A stretch of 63,889 nucleotides of DNA, counting the filler, from Conidiobolus incongruus B7586 (lineage: Eukaryota), in the NCBI GenBank assembly GCA_000697335.1. It is 3 parts of 3 records of this genome, joined end to end, with 100 filler letters (N's around TTAATTAATTAA, not from the genome) between each part and the next. Parts side by side here need not be neighbours in the genome. Positions count along the whole stretch, not along the records: positions 1 to 29,377 come from JNEM01006409.1; positions 29,478 to 61,319 come from JNEM01006410.1; 1 more part is not named here. The stretch is one strand, 5' to 3'. The notes under the pieces were generated by a model that was not told where the DNA came from, made no database searches, and saw only the letters and a program-made list of their open reading frames with translations. Shown piece after piece: positions 24,844 through 38,700 of this stretch. Every line of letters begins with the position of its first letter. The stretch's first letter is position 1. The position numbers and the translations under genes are program-made.

Positions 24844-26139
24844 TTAAATTTTAACCAATGAAAATTTTACTAATTTATATCTTTATACTAATATAAAAAG
24901 AGTTCCTATTAAACTTAATACACCTGTGTACATAATAGAAGGTATAAAATTTTGAACTTGCTCAGATGGCGATGCAGCTTTGAGAATGGTTGTACCAATA
25001 GGCGATCCCAATAAGAAAATTATTGATAAACTTGAATAAATGGTACCATTCAAATGTGATTGATTTTTTCACCAACGATTTAAGCAGATAATATAGGAAA
25101 AAACAAAAACAAGCCACTAGAACTAGCACCATAAATCAAACAATAAACAATCAAAACAGGAAAAGACGTTGAAGATGTCCAAATGAATAATGATGATAAA
25201 GCCATGATCATAAAAGAAGCAATTGTTACACTGATGTTGTCTGCCCTGTCAGCAATTCTGCCCAACAAAATTCGACCAATAGCAGAGCCCAAATTGAGCA
25301 TACCTATTAAGAGTGAGGAATTAGAAGATGATATTCCATAATAGCTGGCATATAAAGGAATTAAGTAGAATGGAATCCAGTATGCAAATGAGATAAAGAA
25401 TCCCATACCAAATAACAATTCAAATTTTAGATTCAAAATCAATTTCCAATTAATCCATTTCTTGGATTTAATTCCTGATGGTAATCTTTTAATAAGAATA
25501 ACCCCGACCATTGAAAGAATGAAACAGATCAAACTAAGGACCCTTAATGCCCATTTGTAGCCCAATTCTTCAATTAAAATTTGAGTAATTGGGCCAAAAG
25601 CTAAACCACCGAATCCATGTCCACTCACAGTGATACCAATAGCTAAGCTCCGACGACGGTTAAACCACTGAGATGGTGCTGAAATAGCGGGGAAGAAGAT
25701 AATACTACCGCCAAGTTCAAGGAGTACTGATTGCGTTAAGAAAAGTTGCCAAATTTTATTAGCCCAAAAAGTTAATAACAAACCCAAACAAAATATCATA
25801 CCACCCGAAGCCAAACAGAATTTATAATGGACATAATCACATAATTTAGCTGAAATCATTCGAATGAAGAAAAAGAGATATGAGCCGGTACTGCCAATAA
25901 AAGAGAGAGTTGAAGCATCAACATTGGGAATATTTTTTTAGTATTCATGTAGGAAAACACCATAAGATCCATAAATGCAAAAATGATACAAATGTGACCA
26001 AGAAAGATTCTAATATAATAACCCAACCATACAACACCTCCGGTTTTTCATCATTTATAGGATTGCTTTGGATATTTTTTTCATGAGTGCTCAATTGAGA
26101 TAAACTATCCTCACTGATTTGATGTGACCATTCTCTCAT
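24844..26139 (-). pseudogene. MCT-type MFS transporter pseudogene (near full length)
   Basis: Close paralog of 13955..15247. It has a frameshift after FLVTFVS, an in-frame TAA at EY* (~25940) and at PILSA* (25080), and continues IVGEKNQSHLNG..SPSEQVQNF to ~24844. The ORF-track 25080..25859 and 25945..26148 entries are its fragments. Confidence 0.88.
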
Positions 26140-26673
26140 ATTTTCCAAACTACAGAAAATTTTTAAGATTCTTTACTCTTTACCATATGGGTACAATCTG
26201 CTTTATATAATCAAAATTGGTTTAAATTTGTTCTCGGTTAGAAATTTTAAACATTAATTCAATTGAAATCAATAAAATCAATACACATAACTCCATTAAC
26301 AAAAATATTTGATTTTTTATTCGGATATTAGAATAAGACGATAACTCAAGTTATTTCATTCAATTTATCATGAATTTAGACTTTACCAATAATATCAAAT
26401 CTCCAAGTAGTACAAATGGTTGACAAAAAGAAGTTGAGTTTTGATAGGATATATTTGTTATGATCAAGTTCATATTGATTAGTAATATACATTTCTGGTC
26501 CAGAATGGGATACTTTAACTTAGCCTTGACAATATGAGGATTAAAACAAACCCCATTTCATATGTTACTATAATACCTGAATGAATCATTTTTTGATTTA
26601 ATTATTATATTATTGCTGGTCAAACTTTAGAATATAAAATAACTCATATTTTCCTTAAATTTTGATTAAACTA

Positions 26674-27988
26674 TTACTCTGCATTTTTAATAATGGGAAT
26701 TTTTTGTGATTAAAAATAAATAAACATTTGAATATATAATATATAAAAATAAATATATAATATAAATTTAATAGTTTCTTTTATTATTAATAACTTTTTG
26801 CTATACTTTTAACAAACTTCTAACACTTAAAAAACAGTTCTTTTTATTAAGGACTGAAATTTGATGTTTCACAAACCAATTAAATTTTCCTGCAGAAATT
26901 TTCTTTCTTGCAAGCTGGTTTTTTAATTGCCTAAAGCAATTATAATCACATATGTTATAATCAAGGGAATATACTGGATGTGGTAGTTCTTTCCAGTTAT
27001 TTTTAATTAGAAAGTTTTTTATAGCTTTAGATTTATGTATTTTACAATTATCATGCAAAATAATAAGTTTTCTCAAATTATATTGAGAACACTAATTAAA
27101 AATATTTTTATTTAAAAAAGCAATATATAGTTTATTATTAATTAATTTTCCTTCAGGAACTAAATAAGAATAGCATATACTATTATAATCTATTATTATA
27201 ATTAATATTTGTTTATTAATAAAATGTTTATTTAAAGGGATTTGTGGAGGAGGTTGATTTAACTTAATCTAGCATTTTGATTTGTGTTTTGGTAAAGGAT
27301 TATACATAAAGATCTAAGATTCATCAATTGTAATTATTTGCTGTAAAAGTCTAAGCTTCTAGTAAAATTTCAATAGGTTTTGTTTAGCAATAGCTACTCT
27401 AGTTTTTTTTAAGTTTTAGTTAAATTATAAGGTACCTATTTTATATTTTTGTTTATTAATTTTAGTTTAAACTTTAAAATATATAAAATACTTGTAAAAC
27501 TAATATTAAAGTACTTAGATAATTCTCTAGCTGAAATAAAAAGGTGCTTTTAAATATATTTTTTCACTTTATTTACAATTAAAAGAGTAACAATTAAAGT
27601 TGGTTTTTTAGATTTTAACAGGTTTTAAATAATTTCTCTTTTAGCTTTAAAGTAATTTACCTAGCAATAAATTGTTGATTTAGATAATACTTTATTACTA
27701 AAAGTTGCTTGTAAATTTTAAATAATTTTAAAGGGTTTATGGTTAAGTTTTACTAATACTAAAATAAAAAACTTTTGATGATTACTATTTGGTTTAAACA
27801 TAATTAAATTAAACAACCAATTTTAAAAAGTTAATTTTTTAATCAAAAAAACTAATATATATATATATATATATATTAAAAATATATAATTTCCTATTAA
27901 CTTTATATATATATATTTATTTCAAATTAATAATATGTTTGAAAAATCAGAAATTAAAAAATTTCCCATTATTTCAAATTCAAGGTAA
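26674..27988 (-). mobile_element. Mariner (D,D34D) DNA transposon, full length, inactivated
   Basis: Imperfect TIRs of about 30 bp (TTACTCTGCATTTTTAATAATGGGAATTTTT / AAAAATTTCCCATTATTTCAAATTCAAGGTAA) flanked by TA, 1.3 kb total. The transposase starts at ATG ~27801 and has K*VPYNLT (WVP motif), ITIDES*, LHDNCKIH and LPHPVYSLDYNICDY. Confidence 0.9.
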
Positions 27989-28089
27989 TATTACTACTTA
28001 AATTAAATGATAACAAAACTTTAAAATCAAAATTAAATAAAATACTCAATAAATAATATACAAAAATAATTTTAATAATATAATATAAT

Positions 28090-28420
28090 ACTTTTTCTTA
28101 TACTTTTGATAAATTTTTATCACCTAAAAACAATTCTTTTTATTAATGACTAAAATTTAATATTTCACAAATTAATTCAATTGATTTGAAAAATTATGAT
28201 TATAATTATATTTTTGTAATTTTTTAAAGCAATTGAATTTATATAGTTTAAAATCTAGAGGATATAATAGATATGATCCTTTTTCTTAATTAATTTTAAT
28301 TCAAAACTTTTCTAGCTTTAACTCTATATATTTTAAAATTATTATTCAAATTAATAAATATTATTAAATTAAATATATTAATTAAAAGTAATATTATTTA
28401 AAAATATATATATAATTTAT
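28090..28420 (-). mobile_element. Highly degenerate mariner fragment (same family)
   Basis: Resembles the transposase 3' end of the 26.7-kb copy (e.g. aaaaacaattctttttattaatgactaaaatttaatatttcacaa). It stops shortly before the Tc1 TIR at 28471. Confidence 0.55.
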
Positions 28421-28470
28421 TATTGATTTTTTTATAGATTAAAGTAAATAAATTTATATATTAGAAGATA

Positions 28471-29377
28471 CACTAACCTATAAAAGTAAGTCATAAAATC
28501 AATAACACTTATATTTTTACTAATAACTTAATTAATACTTAATAAAATAAACTTAAATTTACTAATTAAAATTATACATATTTATTAATATTATATATCA
28601 TTAAATGATTATATTTAGCTATTAATTGGTTAAAATAATAACTTTTAAATTTTACTCAAGATTAGTTATCAATTTGTAAATTTTTGGTGATAAAAGAATT
28701 AAAATTTAATATATTTATCTTTAGCTTTTTTAACTTATATAAGTTTATATGGTATAAAATCAAATAACTTCTTATATTAAAAAAAGTTAATCTTGTTTTA
28801 TACTTTTTAAATATATTTTTAAAACTAATTTAAATTTTTTGTTAAAGGGAGAATTTGAACAAATTTTTTAAATTAATCTTAAAAAAATTTTAATTAAAAT
28901 TAACAAATTAAAAAAGCTACTTTATAGCTATTATTTTATTATTTTTAAAATATTTAATAATAAAAGCTATAATATAATAAAAGATATTATTTTACTAGAA
29001 AATAATATTAAATTTGTTTGATTAATATTATATAATGGATTTTTTTAATTTATTATTTAAAATACTTCAATATATCTTAATATTAACTTCTTTATTAATT
29101 ATATAAAAATTTTTATATTTAAAGAAAATATATATCTTTAAATAATAATTAACCTACTATTATATTTATAGGTAGAGTTAACATAATGGTTGTAAAGTAA
29201 TTTTATATCTTTTTTAAAATATTTAACATTTTGATTAAATTTATTAAAGTATATTTCTATCACATTAAATTAAATAATCTTATTTTAGTAAATTTTAATT
29301 TAATATTAATAATAATATTTAAATTTTTTCTTAATTTTATAATAAAATTTCTTTAGCTAAAGATGTTTTTTTTAAAA
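28471..29377 (-). mobile_element. Tc1-like IR/DR transposon, degenerate copy truncated by a gap
   Basis: Begins TA|CACTAACCTATAAAAGTAAGTCATAAAAT (family TIR). The internal sequence is colinear with the 29478-30994 copy. Confidence 0.75.
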
Positions 29378-29477
29378 NNNNNNNNNNNNNNNNNNNNNNN
29401 NNNNNNNNNNNNNNNNNNNNNTTAATTAATTAANNNNNNNNNNNNNNNNNNNNNNNNNNNNNNNNNNNNNNNNNNNN
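29378..29477. other. Artificial scaffold spacer N44-TTAATTAATTAA-N44
   Basis: Exactly 100 bp; the central 12-mer gives stop codons in all six frames. An identical construct is at 61320. Confidence 0.97.
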
Positions 29478-30994
29478 CTCTGTTAATTCTTAATCAAATT
29501 CATTTAAATTAAAATATATAATAAACTTATATTATTTATTTATAATTAACTATATTTGATCTAACTATAATAACTTTTAGTTAATATATTAAAATTTAAA
29601 TTTTACTTAAGGTGAGTTATAAATTTGTGTATTTTAGTTATAAAAAGAAAATTAAAACTTAGTATATCTACCTTTTGCTTTTTTAACTTCCTTAAGTTTA
29701 TAGGGTATAGAGTCAATTAACTTCTTATATTAAGAAGGATTAATTTTGTTTTAAGTATCTTAAATATATTCTTAAAGCTTATTTAAATTTTTTGCTAGTG
29801 GGAAAGTTTTAACTACTTTTTTTAACTAATCCTAAAGATATTCAATTAGATTAAGGTTAAGGGATTAAAGAAGCTACTTCATAACTATTATTTTATTATT
29901 TTTAAACCATTTGGTAATAGAAATAATAATATAACAAAAAGCATTATCTTATTAGAAAATAATATCTGATTTATTTAACCTATATTATTTAATAGTTTTT
30001 TTTAATTTATTGTTTAAAGTATTTTAGTATATTTTAATATTAATTCCTTTATCAACTTTATAAAGGTACTTTATACCAGAAGATAATATATATCTGTAAA
30101 TTATAATTAACCCACCATTATATTTTTGGGTTAAAATAACATAATGGTCATAAAGTAGTTCTTTGTCTTTTCTAAAACATCTAGCTTTTTTATCAAATCT
30201 ACTAAAGTATATTTTTGTTTCATTAGATTAAATAACCTTCCTCTAATTAATTTCAGTTTAATTTTAATAATGACATTTAAACTCCTACCTAGTTTTACAA
30301 TAAAACTTCTTTAGTTAAAGGTGTTTTTTCTTAAAATACAAGCAATATCTATTACAATATAAAGTACATATAATAGTATTAGAATTAACTAATATTCTTG
30401 TATAGTCTTGTAATTTTTTCTGTATTTCTATAATAATATTATATTTACTTATATAAATTAACTTATAAATATATCTTTTATCATATTTATCTATAATTTT
30501 AACATACTTAAGTTTAAGTTTAGATATATCTTTATTATAATTTTTAATAATTTTAGCTATAATAAACTAACTAACACTAGTAATTCCAATAATCTCATAA
30601 GTTGATTTATCTTTATTATAAAATTGATTAATATATAAGTAAATCTTTTTAGAGAGGGATTTAGGTATTTTAATACTAATATTATTTAGAATAATAATTT
30701 ACAATAATAATTTATAATAATATATTAATATATATATATATAATTTAATAAAAAAAGATTTAAGTAATTTTTACTTTATATACCCTTTTAACTCTTAAAC
30801 TTACAAATTTATGACTCACCCTATTTAAATTTTAAGATTTGATATATTTAATATAATTAAATATAACCTATTATAATCAGGTAATATATTTTAATTATAT
30901 ATTTTAATTTAAATTAATTTAATTAAGAATTGTTTAAGTTATAGGTAAATATATAAATGATTTTTATTTTTTGACTTATTTTTGCAGGCTAGTG
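29478..30994 (-). mobile_element. Tc1-like IR/DR transposon (D,D34E), inactivated
   Basis: Right TIR ...TGACTTATTTTTGCAGGCTAGTG|TA. Inner repeats GGTGAGTTATAAATTTG (~29611) and CAAATTTATGACTCACC (~30804). The minus-strand transposase has IF**DNA and MK*LL*S. Confidence 0.85.
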
Positions 30995-31682
30995 TATATT
31001 TGATTTTATAATTTATTTTTATAGATTTATATATTAATGATATTAATATTTCATTTCAAATCTAATATTTATATCTTAGAATATATAATAGGGATTATTT
31101 CAATTTAATATTATATTTTGGCTAATATTTTATTAAATGATTTTATAGTTAAGTTTATAATTCAATATTATAATAATTATTCCAAAAATTATAATCATTA
31201 GTTATATATTAATTTATTTTATTTAAGAATAATTTCTTTAGTTTTTTTAATCTTTTATTAAGTTAAGAGGCATTTATTTTAAGTTTTTAATATTTAAACC
31301 AAGTTTAATCTAAAATAAATAATTTAAATATATTAATAGTATTAGGGAGTTTTAATAACACTTTAATTAGAACAAAGGTGATATTAAATTTTTTTTAATA
31401 ATAATTGAAATAATGAGAATTAAAATTAATTTTTAAAATATTATTAAGTTTTTAGTAATTTTTTATTTAACCTTAAAATTAGTTACTTATAGATAAATTA
31501 TTAGAAGACTAATTCTTTAAATTTTTATATATATTTTTATATAATACAATTAACTATAAATTATATGATTAATTTATATTTTTATAGCTAAATCAATTAT
31601 ATACATAGTATTAAATTGTTTAATAAATTAAGTTCCTTTTTTCCTCTAAATATTTACTATTCTTTTTATATTATTTCTAAGA

Positions 31683-33370
31683 TAAAGACTATATTCTATT
31701 AATATTATATTATATTGGCACTACCTAATATAAATCATAATATATCAGTAACTTACCTCAGTTTAATACTTAATTAAACTTTGTTTATATTTGAACACTA
31801 TATTCCACACTATCTTATCACATTCTGTGCCATATTACTTTTATATTAAGTCTTCCTCTATACTATAATAATGATTCTATCTCTATACTTATATAAATAA
31901 TAAATTTACAAAAATATTATTTTTATAAGGTTTTTAAAAAAATTTAAATAATTTTAAAGATTTATTATTAAGTATTAATAATATTAAAATAAAAATTTGA
32001 TGGTTAATATTAGGTTAAAATATGATTTAATTAAATAATAAATTTTTAAAATAGATTCTTAAATAAGAAGTTTTATATAAAATTAAAAAAATTTTTTTAT
32101 ATTCATTATATATAAATTTTTTAAAACTAATAATATTATTGAAAAATTAAAAATTATAAAATTTTTGCATTTTTTATTTTTTATTAAATATTAAATATCT
32201 ATTATATATATAATATTAGAATATTATTAATTTTTGAATATAAAAGTTTTTTGCATATTAAATAATTTAATAGATATATTAATATAAAGAAACAATAAAA
32301 TTTGAGAACTATATATCAATAATTATTATTAGTTGAATCAGGTTTAATCTGAATTTTTATTGACTATTAATAATTATAAAACCAAAAGAATATTATATTT
32401 TCTAATAATAAATAATCATTTAAAATAATCAGATTTGAAAAATATAAACTTTGATAAAAAAAATTTTAATCAATTTTGAAGTTCACAGAGGTTTTTATAT
32501 ATATATATTAAATTTAAAATCATTTCCATATTAGCAATTGTCTTACTTTATGATATAGAGAATTTATTACTAATAATATATTTTTTAAAAAATGAATATT
32601 TTCTGATATTAAAAATTATAATTAGAAATAAAATACTTGCTAAAATAACTATAGTCATAAATATATTTATATTTCATTAATAATTAGGTATATATGTATT
32701 AATTAGAAGTTATTTTGCTTTTATAAATTAAATAATTTATTAGTGACTCTATAGCTAACCTTGGCTAATAAATATTATATAGCTATAATTGAAATTTTCG
32801 TGAGTTTTCTTGTTAGAATTATTAAATAGAAAATAAAACTATAGCTTAAATTCTTGGTGATATAACCAAAATATATATGAATTGAAGTTTTTTGATAACT
32901 TCAAATAGACGATATATAATAGATATTCATTGTAAAAATATTTTGCCTAGAATTTAATTAAAATGTCAGTTATATATCTATAATATTAAATCTTATTTTT
33001 CATTGTTAAAATATTAGTTTTCAAACTTTTTATATTTAAATTCAAATTCTATAATCATTATCAACCTTTAATAAATCAAGTAATTTATACTTTTAAAAAT
33101 ATTTTATTTATACAAATACCATTGATTTAACCAATAAACATGTTTTTTCTTCTTTTTCTCAATTATTATTATTTTATTGTTTTTTGTTAACCATTATTAT
33201 TTCATAATATTGAGACTATCCCTATTAATACTATATTGTATATTAGTACTTATTACTGATATTTTAATATAATTATATTAACTAATATACTCAAATCTTA
33301 AATAGACTTATTAATATATTAAATTAATTATACCATTACTAATTTAAGTCTTCCTCTACATTATACTAAC
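31683..33370. repeat. Pair of diverged related segments (~31683-31870 and ~33212-33370), origin unknown
   Basis: Shared words AGACTAT..CTATTAATA.TATATT.TAT and TAAGTCTTCCTCTA.A.TATA in the same order. CpG-poor, likely a TE relic. Confidence 0.4.
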
Positions 33371-34915
33371 CTAACTGCCTATTATTTTTACAATTATCCA
33401 TATTCATTATTTAAACCTTAACAAATTAGATAAATACCCAGATAAAATTTAATTAAGCCAAATTAAATATTTGAACCTGACATTGGATTTGGAGGATTTG
33501 AGGGAAAAAATAATCTGTCATATTATTGTATAGATTTTGAATTACGATTTATTTCAAATTTTGAACAGTTCCAATCTGAAATCCAAAGAGTGTATTGTTA
33601 ATCAAGCACACATTTCAATTATAGGATTTTCTATAATGAAAATTTTATCTTAATGAATTAAAATTTTGATATTTAAATTATTTTAATGACGATACAGTAT
33701 AAATATTAGTATGATATATAAATTATTAAGGATTTCCTTTCCTGACTTTTTACAGCTAAACCTTTAATAATTATGTAAATTAACGAAAATATCTTTTGTT
33801 GGCTGAGGATATAATAGTTATATTAAATTAATTCATCATCAAGTTAACTGTTAATACAATCTAGTAGTATTAAATAATAAAATTATAAATGAACAAAAAA
33901 TAAAATAAGAATTTGTATCCGTTTTGTTAGACCAATGTTTTTCTATAGAGAATATTTTAGGATTAATCATTGATAAAACTACAAATAGAAATCTCAAAAT
34001 TTTCTTGGAATATACTAAAAATGATAATAATAATAATAATATTATTATACAACATCCATTGAAAATAGCATATTGTGTTTGGATATTTAGGTAATTGGGT
34101 AATAAAATAAAATACGAGTTATATGTTAGTTGATTAGTTGATAAATATGACATAATAGTGATTAGAGATGAACTTATAGTTAAAAGTATTACATCTAGTA
34201 GTAAAAATCTTGTTAGTACAGTCTATATTCAGGTATGATATTTTAAATCACATAATATTTCTAATATTAATTTAAAAAATTGTTGATATTTTTTGAAAAT
34301 GTATTTTTTTTAACAAGATTCCAAATGATTATGATAAGGATAACTAATTTTTCATCAATTTAAGATTATAATGTAAAGAATGAACTAATAAATTAGCTTA
34401 TACATTCGAATATTTTAGTAACAGAATAAAAAATTAACTTGCAAAATTATGACGAATATTTAATTCTTTAGATCAATAAGGCATTGATGGTTTTACTGTT
34501 AAAAACTATTTGAATAAAAATCAATAATTTAAATATATGTATAGTTGAATATTTGTCATTCATTATTTTATTTTAAAAAATAACTTATATAGAAACTGTC
34601 GTTTTTTACATTATATTACTTTAATATTAATATTGATAAGTAAATATTATTCATATTTTCTCATTCCACTTAGTGAACAAAAGACAAATTTTTAAATTAC
34701 ACTGAGAAATAAGAAAAATTAAGTTAAAAAAATAACTAGAAAGGAAACTTTAATATTGCAAGGTGTAATTATATTGAAATTAAATAAACAGATATTAAAA
34801 GGCTTAATATTGTAAAAAATGATTATAATATGTTGATGAAATTTGTCAAGACTTAAAGATAGGTTAATGAATTACGAATAAATGTATGAGTTTTATTATT
34901 TGATAACTCAAGTAA

Positions 34916-34999
34916 CCGACTATAGCTCAGTTGGTAGAGCGGGAGACTGTAGTTCTAGCTGTAATCTCTAGGTCACTGGTTCAATTCCGGTTGGTCGGA
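34916..34999 (+). tRNA. tRNA-Tyr(GTA) with 11-nt intron (34953-34963)
   Basis: Acceptor stem CCGACTA/TGGTCGG, D arm GCTC..GAGC, anticodon stem GGAGA/TCTCT with CTGTAG, T loop GGTTCAATTCC, discriminator A and a downstream TTTTT terminator. Confidence 0.96.
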
Positions 35000-35239
35000 T
35001 CTTCTCCATTTTTACTAATATATATTCACTATTATTATTTGAACACATCTTGTATTGATATTTAAATTCTCAAACAAATTTAATTTTTTCAATATTTTGA
35101 ATTTAATCAATATTTAATTTTTCTCAACTCATATTTATTTTATATTTCATAACTTTTTTAAAGATCACCATTTCAGAAATATTAAATTTCTGATTATATA
35201 AAATTGTAAATTTTTAAACAATAATTAAAATTATTTTTA

Positions 35240-35780
35240 TTTTTAATGGGTTTTCATACACTTTGTATGTTCAATTCCAATCTTCAACTACTTTATATTG
35301 CGATTATTAATGTACCCCATCATCTTAGTGTTACCACTTAGTTTCTTTAATCAACTTGAGATCTGTTATTAGTCATATCCTACTAGGTAGAATTGCTGAT
35401 CATGTAGATAAAATTAATGTGAAAATGAATTCATTCTTATTTATTGCAATTTCCTTCTTTTTCATTTATTCTTTTCCTACAACCTGTCCATCTTTATTTG
35501 AATTCACTCTAATTCATTATACTGTTCATGTAGTCTTTGTTTTATCAGTTCTGTTAACTTAAATCTTTGTGATGGAAAGCTTCATATGAATAGATAGCTA
35601 TAATTAAGTTAAACTATTACCTCTTGATAATGGTCACATATTCTACCTAAAATACTTAAAAGTGCATTAAATTCATATCACTTGAAACTTTTTAGATAAT
35701 ATCATTTACACAAGATTATTTAGGAATATTATGGCAAGTTTTATTATTATTTTAGCATCAGATTGGTTAATATTTCAGTG
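35240..35780 (+). pseudogene. MCT-type MFS pseudogene fragment (C-terminal half)
   Basis: LINLRSVISHILLGRIADHVDKINV..SFLFIAISFFFIYSF matches LNLGSAIGRILLGRIADRADNISV of the paralogs. Frameshifts and stops surround it. Confidence 0.75.
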
Positions 35781-38700
35781 GATGAAGTATTGAGTTATGT
35801 TTATATTATTTATATCTCAAACAGTTTTACTATTTATTGAAATTCACACTAATATAAATGATTGAACCATAATGTTGATAGAGATAAGAAATTAATTCAT
35901 GATTTTGTATTAACTATTTTTAATATATATGATATTATCTCCGAATTTCCTTGATACAAAAATATTGATAATATAGTCGCAATAAAGTACTTCTAATTAG
36001 CTTATAAAGGAAATTGGACTAAATTATTCTGTTGATATATAAATAATATAATTTATTGTGAAGCTTCTTTCCTTTTTGAAAGTTTTACCAATTACTACTG
36101 TTATCATATCATTTAATTTTTAATCAAGATATATTTAAATTAATAACAAATATAATTTGCAATAATTTTACAGCTTAAAAACATCAAATGTAAAATTAAA
36201 ATAAAATATTAATTGAGAGTATAGAATCAAGTTTGAAGCCAAGATAATTAATACGTATTCCTAATATTAATTTTCAAACATTAAATAAATCTATTTCAAG
36301 CGATATATATGTTGTAAAATTCTATCGTTTACTGTTCCATAGGTTCTAGAATGGCCAGAAATGATATTAGGATTAGCGTCGTTGAAAGTCATTTTTTAAC
36401 AAACGAAAAGAAAATGCAATAACACTAAAGATCAGTTGATTTCACGAAAAACTATCAACCTTGAAGGGATGCTTTATTTCCACCGAAATTAATACATATT
36501 TATATTATAGAAAATACAACTAAAATATTATTTGCCTTTATCAAAGCATCATCTATTAACATGAACATGCTTAAATGTATGACTCATAAATATAACAAAA
36601 TAAAGTTATCTATCAGTATTAAAAATATACAGATTAAGAATATATATATTTAGTGTAGCTTTCCATTATTAACTTCAGCAATATATATAAATACATTTTT
36701 TAGAATCTTTAAAATATAAAACTCTACTATGATTTTTTGATAATTCTATAATCAATTATGACCTTTGAATATTACAAATTCCAAAATAATATATATTTCA
36801 AAAAGAAATTTTTCAAATTTAATTTTTTGCAGTGAAATAGATATTTTTGTTGATTATTACGTATCAAATATTTATAACTAATAGCGAATATCAATAAATT
36901 ATGTTTTTTGATCTTTTTTTAATCAAACTAATCAAAATTTTGCAATGAATTGAAATTATATCAAATTTTATTATTGGGAATAATTTAGTATTAATTAATG
37001 AAAACCATTTTTCAATATATAATTTTATTATCCATCTAATAGTTTTCGCTATTAGCTTAATTAAGTAAATTTAAAAAATTGAATATTTCTAGTCAAATTA
37101 TAAATATTAACAATGAATACATTCAAAATATTTAAATTTTCATAACCATAATTCTTTCATAATATTTTTCAATATATTATATGATTGTGTTATATTTGAT
37201 TAATTGTTAATATTTAGTAAAAGACAATGTAATCTTAATAAACTGATCAAGATTATTTATTAAATAACTGCCTAGTTTAAAATTGGTAATGAGGGTTTCA
37301 ATTTAGTAAAAGCATATATAGTTAAAATATGATAATTGATCTAGCAACTATGAATATGTCTTTATCAGATTAAGGAGAATAAAATCATGAATAGGTCACG
37401 AATACATCTTAAAAATATTGCTACTATCACAAATTTGGCATTTGAGTTTATTTAACTACAGAGAGTAAAAGAGGAATTCTAGATAAATACGAAATATAAT
37501 TTTAAAAGTGCCAATGACCGATATAAAGTTTAAACTAAATATATTTAGTTCAGTTTATAATATTGAAGATCTCAGCTTTCCAATTTAATCATAGATTAAG
37601 TATATGGTAGTGTAGAAAATCTAAAAATAGTTTGGATCAATTTGAAGATAAATTTTTCCATTTCAAAAAAGTGACAATTGAATTAAAGTTTTAATATTGA
37701 TTTTATAACTTGAATAGTTAAAATATGATAATGATAACTAAAATAAGAATCCATTGTCGATTCTATAAACCATGAAAAGATATGAATATATTTACATGCT
37801 TATAGCTATCCAAATTAAATATGATATATAAATTGCTTTTTTACCATTATATCAAAGCTAAAGTTTTATCAATAAAAATTATTATCCATTGTATTAATTA
37901 AATACTAATCTTAATATTTCTGGTCAATCTAAATATACATATGATGTCACTTTTAATATAATTTAAATTTAACAAAATACTGTTTCAGTATTCAATATCA
38001 GGGTCAGTTGAATAATTTCCCAAAAAATATTTCAAAATAGGTGATATGTAAATTAAACAATAGTTTACCAAAATTAAATTTTCAAACAAGAATATATAAT
38101 AAAGATTTTCAAATATATTAAAATCAAATACAAAAATATATTTCAGGATAGAAACATAATATATTTTGAAGAATAAAATCAATTACCTCCTTCAATTAAC
38201 CTTAAAAGTTTAAACTCAATGTTCAATTGATTTTAAAATTCACTAACTATATTTGATAACCTACTTATTCTAAATTACGAACCGATCGCTTATCATTTGA
38301 TCATGGTGATATACTCTAAATCTATTTGTAATTATAATAGGGAGCATAAAATCAAATATAAACATTTTTTTATTAGTATTTTCTCATTCTATTGAATTAA
38401 AATAAAATAAAATAAAATTTGCCACTTATTCGCTAAAAGTATATTATCCTAAAAATGGTTCTAATTTTTAATTCAATATAATTATTGAACCAGATTAAAT
38501 TTTTACTATTTATGTTAAATATTATCGATTATCTCAAATTTAAATATTTCAACAATTTAAAATTTGACAAATCAAATTAAATTGATTTATTATTTATTTT
38601 AAAAATTTCTATATCCAAAAAATTAATATATTATAGCTAATATAGTAAAATGCTATATATAATTTATTTATTAGGATGCACTATATTCAATTAATGAACA

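Noticed and set aside
29378..29477. TTAATTAATTAA palindrome inside N runs (also at 61320-61419)
   Set aside because: Synthetic six-frame-stop contig spacer, not biological. Both gaps fall in transposons, so adjacency across them is uncertain.
19048..38182. AT-rich ORFs 19048..19299, 23475..23699, 33851..34153 and 37985..38182 (also 46719..46904 and 51164..51376)
   Set aside because: I/N/K/F/Y-biased chance ORFs, mostly with non-ATG starts and no motifs.
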